Below, piece after piece: positions 19,622 to 34,655 of a stretch of DNA of 64,000 nucleotides. The stretch covers positions 390,418 to 454,417 of the forward strand of contig CAVPVX010000001.1 in the NCBI GenBank assembly GCA_963709345.1, written 5' to 3'. The notes under the pieces were generated by a model that worked only from the letters and a program-made list of their open reading frames with translations, did no database searches and had not been told where the DNA came from. The DNA comes from an uncultured Actinomycetes bacterium. GTDB taxonomy: Bacteria > Actinomycetota > Thermoleophilia > UBA2241. Each line of letters begins with the position of its first letter. Positions within the stretch are counted from its first letter, which is position 1. The position numbers and the translations under genes were made by a program.

Positions 19622-19722
19622 GCTGCCTCCCGGGGAATGCTGCCACGCGTAGTCTATCCCGGGCGTCGCGACGCGAGCCAGCCCGGTCGGCCGCCGGCGT
19701 GAACCGCCGGCTCGTCCCGGGC

Positions 19723-20769
19723 TCAGGGCCTCGGCACGAGCCCGACGCGCTCACGCACCTTGGCGAGCGTGCGTGTGGCGATGGCCTCCGCACGCTCAGC
19801 CCCGGTCTTGAGCACCTCGAGGGTGAAGCTCTTGTCCGCCTCGAGTTCGCGGATACGAGCCTGGATGGGCGAGAGAGCCTCCACCACGACCTCGGCGAGG
19901 TCGGCCTTGAAGTCCGCGTACCCTCTCCCCTCGTAGCGCCGCTCGATGTCGGCGACGGAGTCGCCTGCGAGGATGCTGTAGATGTCGAGGAGGTTGCTGA
20001 GCGCGGGCTTGTCCTGCCCACCGCGCACGTCGGTGCCTGAATCGGTGACCGCACGCCGGATCTTCCTGCGGATGACGTCCGGCGCGTCCATGACGGCGAT
20101 GTAGCTGTTCTCCGACCCGGCGCTCTTGCTCATCTTCTTCGCCGGGTCGTCAAGGCTCATGATGCGCTTACCCTCGGTGCGGATGATGGGCTCCGGGACG
20201 ACGAACGCTTTGCCGAAGGCGTTGTTGAAGCGCTCGGCGACGTCGCGCGTGAGTTCCACGTGCTGCTTCTGATCCTCACCCACCGGCACGGCGTCGGCGC
20301 GATAGAGCAGGATGTCGGCGGCCATCAGCACCGGGTAGTCGAACAGGCCGACGGGGATGCTCTCGCCTTCGGCCCCGGCGGTCTTGTCCTTGTACTGCGT
20401 CATGCGACGTAGTTCGCCCATGTAGGTGATCGTGTTGAGGATCCACATGAGCTCGGTGTGCGCCGGCACATGGCTCTGCACGAACACGATGGACCGCTCA
20501 GGGTCCACGCCGGCCGCGAGATATGCGTTGGCGACGTCGATGGTGTTTCGCCGAAGATCGGCTCGCGCCTGACGCACCGTGATGGCGTGCAGGTCGACGA
20601 TGCAGTAGATACAGTCGTGCGTCTCCTGCATGGCAACGTAGTTGCGGATAGCTCCGAGGTAGTTGCCGAGATGCAGCGTGCCCGAGGGCTGGCTGCCGCT
20701 GAAGACCCGCGGCCGGCGCACGGGCTTCGCGGTCTCGCTCGGCACTGAGGTGTCGGCGGCTGCGCTCAC
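19723..20769 (-). CDS. trpS: Tryptophan--tRNA ligase
   Basis: SGSQPSGTLHLGNYLGA, YPVLMAADIL, VPVGEDQKQH and KMSKS; probable start GTG 20769 lies 8 nt after TAGACT (possibly leaderless). Confidence 0.96.
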   Translation of the reverse strand: MSAAADTSVPSETAKPVRRPRVFSGSQPSGTLHLGNYLGAIRNYVAMQETHDCIYCIVDLHAITVRQARADLRRNTIDVANAYLAAGVDPERSIVFVQSHVPAHTELMWILNTITYMGELRRMTQYKDKTAGAEGESIPVGLFDYPVLMAADILLYRADAVPVGEDQKQHVELTRDVAERFNNAFGKAFVVPEPIIRTEGKRIMSLDDPAKKMSKSAGSENSYIAVMDAPDVIRRKIRRAVTDSGTDVRGGQDKPALSNLLDIYSILAGDSVADIERRYEGRGYADFKADLAEVVVEALSPIQARIRELEADKSFTLEVLKTGAERAEAIATRTLAKVRERVGLVPRP

Positions 20770-20876
20770 GGCTGTGGAGTCTACAGAAGCGCGGGCGAGC
20801 GGGCTACCGCGTCTCGCCGGTACGTCCCAACACGCGCCCGGGCAAGAGCCACACGGGGGACGCACCCAGGAGAGCT

Positions 20877-21188
20877 GTGGCGCAAACACGGGGCATCGAC
20901 GACGCACCGATCGCGCTGATAGGGGCCGAGGACGAGGTCGCCGTCTACGAGGCCATCGGCCAGGCGATACGTGACCTGCTTCCGGACGCCTACGTCATCG
21001 CCGGCTCTCTCGCCCCCGACAACGAGACGTTTCGCGTGTGCTCGGTGCGGGGTCTGGGGTCGTACTCGAGAGCCGTGCGCAAGACCCTCGGCGTCGATGT
21101 CGACGCGTGCAGGGCCGGCGGCGCGCGCCGCGAACACCCCATCGACGACCGGACCGCCTCGCCGGCCGCGACCCGAAAGCCGTCATGA
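20877..21188 (+). CDS. Hypothetical protein or gene fragment
   Basis: AGGAG RBS and GTG start; globular-looking N-terminal half, low-complexity end. Confidence 0.4.
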   Translation: MAQTRGIDDAPIALIGAEDEVAVYEAIGQAIRDLLPDAYVIAGSLAPDNETFRVCSVRGLGSYSRAVRKTLGVDVDACRAGGARREHPIDDRTASPAATRKPS

Positions 21189-21197
21189 CAAGGGGGC

Positions 21198-21755
21198 GTG
21201 ATGAGTTCCGTCACCGTGGATCTGCGCCTGCAAAGCGTCGACGACTTCTTCCGCACTCCCGACATCGACGCGTTCTCCGAGTGGTACGAGGCCTACAGCG
21301 AAGAGCCGGCCATCGAGTACGTCGCGGCCTGCGTCGGTGACGACCCCGGAGCCGATCACGTCGACGTCGTCATCCGGCTACCGGGAGACGGCGTCACCGC
21401 AGATGCCGAGGATCGCCTCCGGCGCGCGATCACGAGGTACTGCGACGGCCGGCTCCTGATGGTGCGGCGGGAGGCGGCTCGCAACAACTCGCGCGGCTGG
21501 CTCATGCTGGCCTTCTCCATCGTCGTCGTCGCCTTCTTCGTCTTCTCGGCCCATCGTCTCAGCGACTCGCCGATGGAGCCTCTCACCATCGCCGCCGAGG
21601 GACTCAGCATCGCCGCTTGGGTGCTTCTGTGGCATCCCCTCGAGGCACTGGTCTTCAACCGCTGGGATTACCGCCTCGACCGGCGCGTGCTGCACACGAT
21701 CCGCGACAAGTCCCATGTGCGCATCGTGGCGCTGGACGGGCCCGACGACAGCTGA
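21198..21755 (+). CDS. Hypothetical membrane protein (2 TM helices)
   Basis: Hydrophobic segments WLMLAFSIVVVAFFVF and EGLSIAAWVLLWHPLE. Confidence 0.7.
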   Translation: MMSSVTVDLRLQSVDDFFRTPDIDAFSEWYEAYSEEPAIEYVAACVGDDPGADHVDVVIRLPGDGVTADAEDRLRRAITRYCDGRLLMVRREAARNNSRGWLMLAFSIVVVAFFVFSAHRLSDSPMEPLTIAAEGLSIAAWVLLWHPLEALVFNRWDYRLDRRVLHTIRDKSHVRIVALDGPDDS

Positions 21756-21850
21756 TACCGCAGCCGGGTCCGCATCGCCGCCGCAACGGTCCTGAAACGG
21801 CCTGTGATTGCGACCCGTGGACGACTGGTGCTACGCTGCCCGGGAACCGA

Positions 21851-22040
21851 GGACGTCCGGCTGAAGGTCGCGTGAGAGCCCGCCGCTCGAAGAAGAGAGC
21901 GGGCGCCGAAGGGGCAAGGATGGCGCAGGATGCGTCGCCGAAACTCTCAGGCCAACGGAACGCGACTGGACGGGCCCCTGGAGCGGCCGACCGACAAGGT
22001 CGGCGGCGGACAGGGTGATGGGACCATCACCCTGTCCTTC
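21851..22040 (+). ncRNA. Glycine riboswitch (singlet aptamer with downstream ghost hairpin and expression-platform hairpin)
   Basis: P1 GTCGCG/CGCGAC, GAGAG, GCCGAAGGGGCAA and AAACTCTCAGGC consensus; hairpins at 21986-22004 and 22008-22037; upstream of a gcvT-containing operon. Confidence 0.85.
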
Positions 22041-22060
22041 GACGCTTGGGGGTGACTTCG

Positions 22061-23269
22061 ATGAGCGAACGATGCGGCGACGCACTGGCCCGGCGCATCG
22101 CCCGCCTCGGGACCGAGACGGCCTTCGCCGTCTCCGCCGAGGCCAACGAGTGGAAGGCTGGGGGTCACACCGTCTACCCCTTCCACCTCGGCGACATGGA
22201 CCTGCCCACCCCCCCGAACATCGTCGAAGCGTCGTTCAGGGCGATTCGCGACGGCAAGACCGGGTACTGCCCCAACTCCGGCATTCCGCAACTGCGCGAG
22301 GCGCTGGCCGCCGACGTCGGCGCCTCCCACGGCTTGGCGCTCGGACCGGACAATGTCGCCATCCAGCCCGGCGGCAAGCCGGTGATCGGCAAGTTCATCC
22401 TCGCGCTCATGGACCCGGGCGACGAGGTCCTGTATCCCAATCCGGGCTACCCGATCTACGAAAGCCAGATCCAGTTCCACGGCGGCACGGCGCTCCCGTA
22501 CGGTTACGTCGAGGGAGGCGAGAACTTCGAGCTCGATCTCGAGAGCCTCAAGAGCCAGGTCACATCCAGTACGAAGCTGCTGATCTACAACGACCTTCAG
22601 AATCCGACCGGCGCGGAGAGTTCGCCCGCTGAACTCGAGCGAGTTGCCGAGTTCGTCCTCGCCCACGACCTCTTCGTCCTCTGTGACGAAGCGTACTTCG
22701 ACATCCGCTACTCGGGGAAGAGCCGGTCGCTCGCGAGCCTGCCGGGTATGGCCGAGCGCTGTCTGATCCTGTACACCTTCAGCAAGAAGTTCGCGATGAC
22801 CGGCTGGAGGCTCGGAGCCGCCGTCGGGCCACTGTCCATCGTCAACGTGATCGGCAAGCTCAACGTCAACGACGAGAGCTGCTCCAACCACTTCGCCCAA
22901 TACGGCGCCCTGGAGGGCTTGATCGGCGATCAGAGCGGCCCGCGCGAGATACTCCGCGTGCTCGAGGAGCGACGCGACGTCGCCGTCGAGCTCCTGAGCG
23001 AAGTGCCCGGGGTCTCCTGCCTGCGCCCCGAGGCGACGTTCTACCTGTACCCCAACGTCACCGGGCTCATGAAGCGGAAGGGCTTCACCGACTACGACGA
23101 CCTGCGGCGCGCGGCGCTGGAGCAGACGGGTGTCTCCTTCTGTACCCGCCTGCACTTCGGCCGCGCCCTGCCGAACGAGAAGGAGGCCTACGTGCGCTTC
23201 GCCTACTCGGGCATCAGCACCGACCTGATCCGTGAGGGGCTCGGCAGACTTCGGGAGTGGGCGCTGTGA
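22061..23269 (+). CDS. PLP-dependent aminotransferase class I/II
   Basis: GKTGY..GIPQLRE, QNPTG, DEAY and FSKKFAMTGWRLG motifs. Confidence 0.92.
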   Translation: MSERCGDALARRIARLGTETAFAVSAEANEWKAGGHTVYPFHLGDMDLPTPPNIVEASFRAIRDGKTGYCPNSGIPQLREALAADVGASHGLALGPDNVAIQPGGKPVIGKFILALMDPGDEVLYPNPGYPIYESQIQFHGGTALPYGYVEGGENFELDLESLKSQVTSSTKLLIYNDLQNPTGAESSPAELERVAEFVLAHDLFVLCDEAYFDIRYSGKSRSLASLPGMAERCLILYTFSKKFAMTGWRLGAAVGPLSIVNVIGKLNVNDESCSNHFAQYGALEGLIGDQSGPREILRVLEERRDVAVELLSEVPGVSCLRPEATFYLYPNVTGLMKRKGFTDYDDLRRAALEQTGVSFCTRLHFGRALPNEKEAYVRFAYSGISTDLIREGLGRLREWAL

Positions 23270-25981
23270 GCGGCGGAGAGAGAGCCGCGAGCCTGCTACT
23301 CACCCCGTTCCACGCCCTGCACGTAGCCGCCGGCGCGCGAATGGTCGACTTCGGCGGCTGGGACATGCCGATCCAGTACCCCACCGGAATCATCGCCGAG
23401 CACCTCGCGACACGCCGGAACGCCGGGCTCTTCGACGTCTCCCACATGGGGCGCTTCATCCTCCGCGGACCCGGCGCCGTCGCCTTCCTCCAGCACATGC
23501 TGACCAACAACGCCGAGGCTCTCGACCTTCTCGAGTCGCAGTACACGATCGTGCCGACCGAGACCGGCGGAGCCGTCGACGACGCCTACCTCTACCGCTT
23601 CGTCGATGACGAGTACCTCCTTGTCGTGAACGCCTCCAACCGCCACAGGGACCTGGCACACCTTCGCGAGCATCTCGCCCACTTCCCCGATGTCGAGTTG
23701 AGCGACGCGACCGGAGAGATCGCCATGATCGCGCTCCAGGGCAAAGCGTCGCGAGACATCCTCGGCGGCCTTATCGAGGACGGTCGGCTGCCCGAGCCTT
23801 TGCGCAACGCGCTCGGCATCGCGACGCTGCGACTTCCGGGAGGCAAGGGCCGTGTGGAAGCGCGCATCGCCCGGACCGGCTACACGGGTGAACCCGTCTG
23901 CTTCGAGCTCTTCGTGCCGGCCACCGACGGACCGGGGCTCTGGGACGCATTGGTCGCTGCGGGCGCCGTCCCCGTCGGGCTCGGCGCCCGCGACACCCTG
24001 CGGCTCGAGGCCGGCCTCCCGCTCTACGGCCACGAGCTCGGGCTCGGCCCTGACGGCCGTGAGATCCCGGTCATGAGCTGCCCGCTGGCGTCCTTCGCGG
24101 TCAGCTTCTCGCCGCGGAAAGGCGACTACGTCGGGCGCGCGGCGCTGGAGAGGCAGCACCGGGCCTACGCCCGCATCCTGCAGCGAGACTACTCCCTGAT
24201 CGACGACCTGCCACGGCTCACGCGGCCGGTGGCCATGACCGGGCGCGGAATCGCCCGCGAGGGATCGCCGGTATACGCGGTCACCGGCGCAGGCGAGGAG
24301 CTCTTCGACGAACGCCCGGCCCTCGGCTGGGTGACCAGCGGGACGATGGTGCCTTACTGGGGCGTCGATGGAGAAGGCCTGTGCTCGCTGCAGACGGACG
24401 ATCACAAACTGCGCTCGATCGCCCTCGCCTACCTGGACAGCCGCGTGCTCGAGGACGACGAGGTCTCCGTCGATGTGCGCGGCCGCCCCGTTCCCGGCCT
24501 GGTCGTCCCCTACCATCTGCGCAGCGACGCCCCGCCCTGCGCACGGGCCATCGTCTGGGACTACACGCCGCAGCTCACGGAGCTGGAGGGCGGCGAAGCG
24601 GGCGAGAAGGCCTTGCGCCTGCTCGCCCGCGCCATCGCCAACCACGAGTGGCGCCAGCAGGAGTGCATCGACCTGATCCCCAGCGAGATGACGCCGTCGC
24701 CGATGGTGCGCCTGCTCAGCGTCACCGATCCGTCGGGCCGCTACGCCGAGCACAAGAAGACCGAGGCCTTCTACGACGCGGACGTCTTCTACTACCAGGG
24801 GACCGGCTTCATCGACGAGGTCGAGCGCCACCTGGTGAGCGAGATGCGCGCCTATCCTCGGCTGCCCGGAGGTCGAGACCCGCGCCGTCAGCGGCCAGAT
24901 GGCCAACACCGCCGTCTTCAGCGCGCTCGTCGACTACCTCAACCGCGCCGACCGCAAGGCCGAGCCGCGGCGCATCGCGCAAGGTCGTGAACAACCACAT
25001 CGGCAAGGGCGGCCACCTGAGCGCTCAGCCGATGGGCGCCCTGCGCGACTACGTCGCCCGCGACCCCGTCACCGAGACGCCGGCGGTGGTCGACATCCCG
25101 GTGCTTGCCGGACAACCCGTACAAGGCGGACGTGCCGGCGCTCCTCGACGTGCTCGAGCAGGAGCGCCCCGAGCTGGTCATCCTCGGCAAGAGCATGGTG
25201 CTGCACCCGGAGCCGGTCTACGAGGTGCGCCGGTTCCTGGACGACGCGGGCATCCCCGCCGTGCTCATGTACGACATGGCCCATGTGCTCGGCCTGATCG
25301 GCCCGCACTTCCAGCAGCCCTTCACCGAAGGCGCCGACATCGTCACCGGCTCGACGCACAAGACCTTCTTCGGCACGCAGCGCGGCATCGTCGGTGCCCG
25401 TTGGGTCGAGGGTGACGAGAAACGGGACCTCTGGGAGGCGATCGAACGAAGGACCTTCCCCGGGATCGGTGAGCAACCACCACCTCGGGACGCTGCTCGG
25501 CCTGCTCATGGCCGCCTACGAGATGAATCACTTCAAGGACGCCTACCAGCAGGCGGTGATCGCCAACGCCAAGGCGTTTGCCGTGGCGCTGCACGACGCC
25601 GGGCTGGATGTCGCCGGCGACCCCGACGTCGAGTACACGGAGACCCACCAGGTCGTCGTGCGCGTCGGCTACGGCCAAGGCCCGGAGGTGGCGGGCCGCC
25701 TCGAGGACAACGGCATCATCGTCAACTACCAGGCTGCGCCCGATGAAGAGGGCTTCACCGCCGCCGGCGCCCTGCGCCTCGGAGTCGCCGAGATGACCCG
25801 CTTCGGCATGGGCCCAGAGCAGTTCGCCGAGGTCGCCGACCTGATGGCGGCGGTGGTGCTCGAAGGCCGCGGTGTCGCCGACGACGTCAAGAAGCTGCGC
25901 GGCCGGTTCACCGCACTCGGCTACTGCTTCACCGGCGCGGAGTTCGACCCTCTGGTACAGCGCCTGCACGAGCTGATCTGA
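23266..25981 (+). CDS. GcvT aminomethyltransferase - serine hydroxymethyltransferase fusion (four apparent single-base insertions)
   Basis: GcvT part: MVDFGGWDMPIQY, LFDVSHMG, RTGYTGE, GLGARDTLRLEAG. It continues in frame into SHMT-like LIPSE, GRYAE, YYQG; then SGQMAN, GGHLS, YDMAHVLGL, TGSTHKTFFGTQRG and LRLG across shifts near 24857, 24980, 25105 and 25460. Confidence 0.85.
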
Positions 25982-25982
25982 C

Positions 25983-26750
25983 GTGCCGGCAGAGCGGCCC
26001 GACAGTGTCATGACGATGAACACCGCCACCGGCAAGCGGCTGCTCGCGCTCGTCCGTGACGGTGACTACGCGCACCCCGGCGAAGAGGAGGCGAACGAGC
26101 TTCTCTTCGCCGGGGTGCGGACCGACCCGCGCCGCCGCGTCCTCGACGCAGGCTGCGGCAGCGCGGGTACGGCCGCCTGGGTGCAGGCCCGCGGGCTGGG
26201 CGCGGTGACCGGCGTCGAGCGCGACGCCGCGACCGCACAGCTGGCCCGCGAGCGACACCCGGAGGTCACGGTGGTCCAGGGCGACCTGCGGCACGCGACA
26301 GCCGTACTGCTCGGGCCCTTCGATCTCGCCTACTCGATGACGGCGCTGTACGCCGTGCCCGATCAGCCGGCCGCGTTCGAGCAGCTCGCCCTGCTCGCTG
26401 CTCCCGGCGCCGACCTGCGCCTGCTCGAGTACTCGGACCCGCACGGCGGCTTCGCCGCCGCGACGCGCGACAGCGTGAGCTGGGCCTGGTGGCGCCCACT
26501 GGACCCCCTCCCGCTGTCCGCCATCCTCGAGGCCGCCGGATGGTCGGACATCAAGGTCCGCGACCTGCATCCCGAGTTCGTCCGCTGGTACGTCCTCCTG
26601 TGCCGGCGCATGGCGACCAGACGTGGCGAGATCGTCACTGAGTTCGGCCGCGAATGGTACGACTCCGCGACCCGGGAGTACGCGGGCATCCTCGAGCTCG
26701 TGCGCTCCAAGGCCCTCGGCGGGGTCCTCGTCACCGCCCGCAAGCGGTAG
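25983..26750 (+). CDS. Class I SAM-dependent methyltransferase
   Basis: VLDAGCGSAG motif I; GDYAHPGEE N-terminus. Confidence 0.85.
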   Translation: MPAERPDSVMTMNTATGKRLLALVRDGDYAHPGEEEANELLFAGVRTDPRRRVLDAGCGSAGTAAWVQARGLGAVTGVERDAATAQLARERHPEVTVVQGDLRHATAVLLGPFDLAYSMTALYAVPDQPAAFEQLALLAAPGADLRLLEYSDPHGGFAAATRDSVSWAWWRPLDPLPLSAILEAAGWSDIKVRDLHPEFVRWYVLLCRRMATRRGEIVTEFGREWYDSATREYAGILELVRSKALGGVLVTARKR

Positions 26751-26850
26751 AGGGGACGCACCAAGCAGACAGCCCGGCCAGGAACCGCAGAGGCTCCTGG
26801 CCGGGCTGTCCGGCGGTCAACGCGCCGTCCGGCGCGGGGTTCCTTCTGGC

Positions 26851-27432
26851 TCAGCTGAAACGGGCGAGCGTGCGCGTGTAGGCGCGCAGGTGGTTCTGGC
26901 TGCCGCGCAGCAGGTTCGTGTACAGGCGCTTCACGTCGGTGTGAGTCGTCGCGGCTATGCGGGACTGCAGGTCGGCGATGTCCATCTTCTCGATGGCGAC
27001 GCCGACCCGGAGCGCGTCGGCCAGCGACGTGCCGCCCTGCGCCGTCAGTTCGTCATAGAGATCCTGAAGTCCGTCGTTCTCGAAGACACCGACCGGGTTG
27101 TCGCCCACGGGATCCGCCACGCCGTAACGATCGAGGATCCGCTTCACAGCCGTCATGTGGGTGTTCTCGGACTTCGCGATGTTGTCGAAGATGCGCAGCG
27201 AGTACTGATCGCCGAACGCGAGATACACGTCTCTGGCGAACTTCTCCTCCTCACGCATGAAGACGAGGCCGTCGGCCTCGGCCTGCGAGAGCGGCGCCGT
27301 CGGCGCGACGGTCGCGGCCGGTCGCGGCGCGGTCGCGGCGCTGCTCGAGTCGGCGTGGATCGCGACGCCGACAAACACGCCCACCGCGACGACGGCCGAC
27401 GCGGCCAGGATACCCAGAAGCCTCTTGCTCAT
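26851..27432 (-). CDS. DUF2202 ferritin-like secreted protein
   Basis: Signal peptide; MREEEKFARDVY, IAKSENTH, EKMDIADL and GSQNHLRAY motifs. Confidence 0.88.
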   Translation of the reverse strand: MSKRLLGILAASAVVAVGVFVGVAIHADSSSAATAPRPAATVAPTAPLSQAEADGLVFMREEEKFARDVYLAFGDQYSLRIFDNIAKSENTHMTAVKRILDRYGVADPVGDNPVGVFENDGLQDLYDELTAQGGTSLADALRVGVAIEKMDIADLQSRIAATTHTDVKRLYTNLLRGSQNHLRAYTRTLARFS

Positions 27433-27505
27433 CAGTTGTCTCCTCTTCGAGATGATCGGGCCGCCGACGCGAGTGCATCGGCTCATCTCGACTATCCCCC
27501 AGGCC

Positions 27506-27544
27506 TCTGAAGAACTCGTGAACGACTTCTGTCGGTCTTGTGAA
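27506..27544 (-). promoter_or_regulatory. Second copy of the 11-bp phased four-hexamer regulator site
   Basis: TCTGAA 27506, CGTGAA 27517, TCTGTC 27528, TGTGAA 27539; core GTGAACnACTTCTGyCGGnnTTGTGAA is shared with 775-801. Confidence 0.6.
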
Positions 27545-27545
27545 C

Positions 27546-32550
<5,005 letters not shown>

Positions 32551-33090
32551 TCAACCAGAGGGGTCGTCGTCTCCGGGAGCCGCGAGGGGCTCCTCCGAAG
32601 ACCGTCGCAGAGCGGCCTCGATGGCCCCCCGGAGCCGCTCGTCATGAACCCCCTCGGCCTCGGCCCGCGCCGCCTCGTAGGCCCCCGGCGTGGGCGTTCC
32701 GTCCCGGTATACCTTCTTCGCGGACCGGGCGACGGATTCCCCCCCGCCGGGTGGGTCCTCGGCCTCTGTCACCCCCGCGCTGCCGACGATGAAACGAAAG
32801 CGCTCGACCGGGTGGCCGGGCAGCACCTCGTCCATTCGCCTCAGTATCTGCGGGCTCAGGTACATCAACTCGTTCGCCCAGACCGACGAGTCGCACACGA
32901 CTGTGAGCCGGCCGCGCCCGAAGGCCTTCGGCCTGGTACTCGCCGCGACCCGCTCGCCGACGGCGCGCGACCAGGCGGAGTAGGCGCGCGCCTGGTCGCT
33001 CGTCGCGATACGGTCTAGCGCAGGGCTGAGCACCTCGCCCACCCGGCGCGGGAGGTCATCGCGACGGCCCTTCTTCGACGATTCGCTCAT
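32551..33090 (-). CDS. DUF721 / DciA helicase-loader family protein
   Basis: WSRAVGERVA...GRLTVVCDSSVWANEL; conserved position between recF and gyrB. Confidence 0.8.
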   Translation of the reverse strand: MSESSKKGRRDDLPRRVGEVLSPALDRIATSDQARAYSAWSRAVGERVAASTRPKAFGRGRLTVVCDSSVWANELMYLSPQILRRMDEVLPGHPVERFRFIVGSAGVTEAEDPPGGGESVARSAKKVYRDGTPTPGAYEAARAEAEGVHDERLRGAIEAALRRSSEEPLAAPGDDDPSG

Positions 33091-33115
33091 GCTCCTGCCT
33101 CACCGGCGCCGCCGC

Positions 33116-34423
33116 TCACAAGGCATCGATCGCAGGCGGCGCCGGGCCGGCCACATCCGCCGGGGGCGCGGGAAGTCCCGCCGCGAGAGACCCGTCGAGT
33201 GGCAGGTCGATCACGCTGGCTGAAGCCAGTTCCTCCGCGGTGAAGTAGTGACGGTTCGTCGTCGTGATGATGACCTGGCCGGCGGTGGCAAGCATCGCGA
33301 CCAGGAGCCGGCGCCGAGCATCGTCGAGTTCACTCATGACGTCGTCGAGGAAGAGAGCCCCCTTCTCGCCGGTGCGCGAGGCCGCCAACTGCTGCTCCGC
33401 GAGGAGCAGCGCCAGCACGGCGGCCCGCTGTTCTCCCTGCGACCCGAAGAGGCGGAGGTCGCGGCCGCCGCGAGGCAACTCGACGGGGCCGCAGACGGAA
33501 CCGCTCGGCGACGGAGCCGGCACGCGTTCCTCCGCCGGAGCCGGAGGCTCGGCCTCCGGCTCCGGCGAGCGCTCTCGCCTACCACCGCCTCCGGCAGGCT
33601 CCGTCGTCGCTCCAACCTCGACAAACCGCAGGTCGTCGCGATGCGGCCCGAACAGCGAGAGGCCACGCCCGACCTCCCCCGGTCTCCGCCGGCGCAACTC
33701 GTCGATCAGGGCTGCTTCGTCGTACTCAACGCCGTCGAGTTGGGCGACAAGCAGGAGCGTGAAGCGCTCGCCGGCCGGAGCGAGCTCGGCGGCGGCGGCG
33801 GCGAAACGCTCCCTCAGCTCAGCCACCAAGTCGCGGCGGCGGCGGCCCACGTCCACGGCGGTGCGGGCGAACTGGACGTCCCACGGATCGAGAGCCGCCG
33901 GATCGCCGCCCTGCTTGACCGCGCCAAGCTGGGCATTGCGCTGACGCAGAGCCGTCTGCATGTCTCGTGATGCGGCGGCGTAGTGCACATCGAGCGCGGA
34001 AGCGAAGGCGTCGAGGTGGGCCCGCCGCCGCGCCGGGCTGCCCTTGACCAGCAACAGGCTCTCGGGTACGAAGATGAAGACCTGACTTCGGCTGCGCAGA
34101 TCCTCGATCGACGCGATCTCGAGGCCACCCCAGCGCAACCGCTTCCCGCGGCCGGGTGCGAACCCGATGTCTACGGCCTGAGGGTTCGCGTCGCGGTCGT
34201 CGACCTGCAGTTCGACGCGGCTGAAGCTCTCACCCCAGGTGATCAGCTTCTCTTCGCGGCGCGTGCGCGGGGAGCTGCCTCGCAGGGCGAACCACGCAGC
34301 CTCGAGGAGGTTGGTCTTCCCGGTCGCGTTCGCGCCGACGACGACGTTGAGCCCTGGACCGAACCGGACCGTGGCGTCGCAGAAGGAGCGGAAGTTGACC
34401 AGCCTCAGGCTGTGGACGACCAC
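33116..34423 (-). CDS. recF: DNA replication and repair protein RecF
   Basis: LVNFRSF, GANATGKTNLLEA, GSPARRR, GPHRDD, GSQGEQR and LDDVMSELD. Confidence 0.93.
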   Translation of the reverse strand: MVVHSLRLVNFRSFCDATVRFGPGLNVVVGANATGKTNLLEAAWFALRGSSPRTRREEKLITWGESFSRVELQVDDRDANPQAVDIGFAPGRGKRLRWGGLEIASIEDLRSRSQVFIFVPESLLLVKGSPARRRAHLDAFASALDVHYAAASRDMQTALRQRNAQLGAVKQGGDPAALDPWDVQFARTAVDVGRRRRDLVAELRERFAAAAAELAPAGERFTLLLVAQLDGVEYDEAALIDELRRRRPGEVGRGLSLFGPHRDDLRFVEVGATTEPAGGGGRRERSPEPEAEPPAPAEERVPAPSPSGSVCGPVELPRGGRDLRLFGSQGEQRAAVLALLLAEQQLAASRTGEKGALFLDDVMSELDDARRRLLVAMLATAGQVIITTTNRHYFTAEELASASVIDLPLDGSLAAGLPAPPADVAGPAPPAIDAL

Positions 34424-34620
34424 ACGCGATACTCCCGCCCGGCGGCGGCGACCACGTCTCCGGGTCGCAGCATGCGCCCGCGTCGGGTCTCGACGTCGTC
34501 GTTGACCTTGATCTCGCCTTCTTGAATCAGGAGTTTCGCGTGACCGCCTGTGCCGGCTACGCCGGCGACCTTGAGGAACGCGCCCAGCGAGAGAGCGCCG
34601 GTGACGGTGACGTCGTCCAT
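34405..34620 (-). CDS. yaaA: S4-domain RNA-binding protein YaaA
   Basis: LGAFLKVAG...TGGHAKLLIQEGEIKVN..ETRRGR; between dnaN and recF. Confidence 0.88.
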   Translation of the reverse strand: MDDVTVTGALSLGAFLKVAGVAGTGGHAKLLIQEGEIKVNDDVETRRGRMLRPGDVVAAAGREYRVWSSTA

Positions 34621-34655
34621 CGCGCGGCGGTCGCGTCCACCCGGCCCGGCGGCCG

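Noticed and set aside
24850-25470. Programmed frameshifting in GcvT-SHMT
   Set aside because: Four scattered single-base insertions without slippery motifs fit sequencing error or decay better
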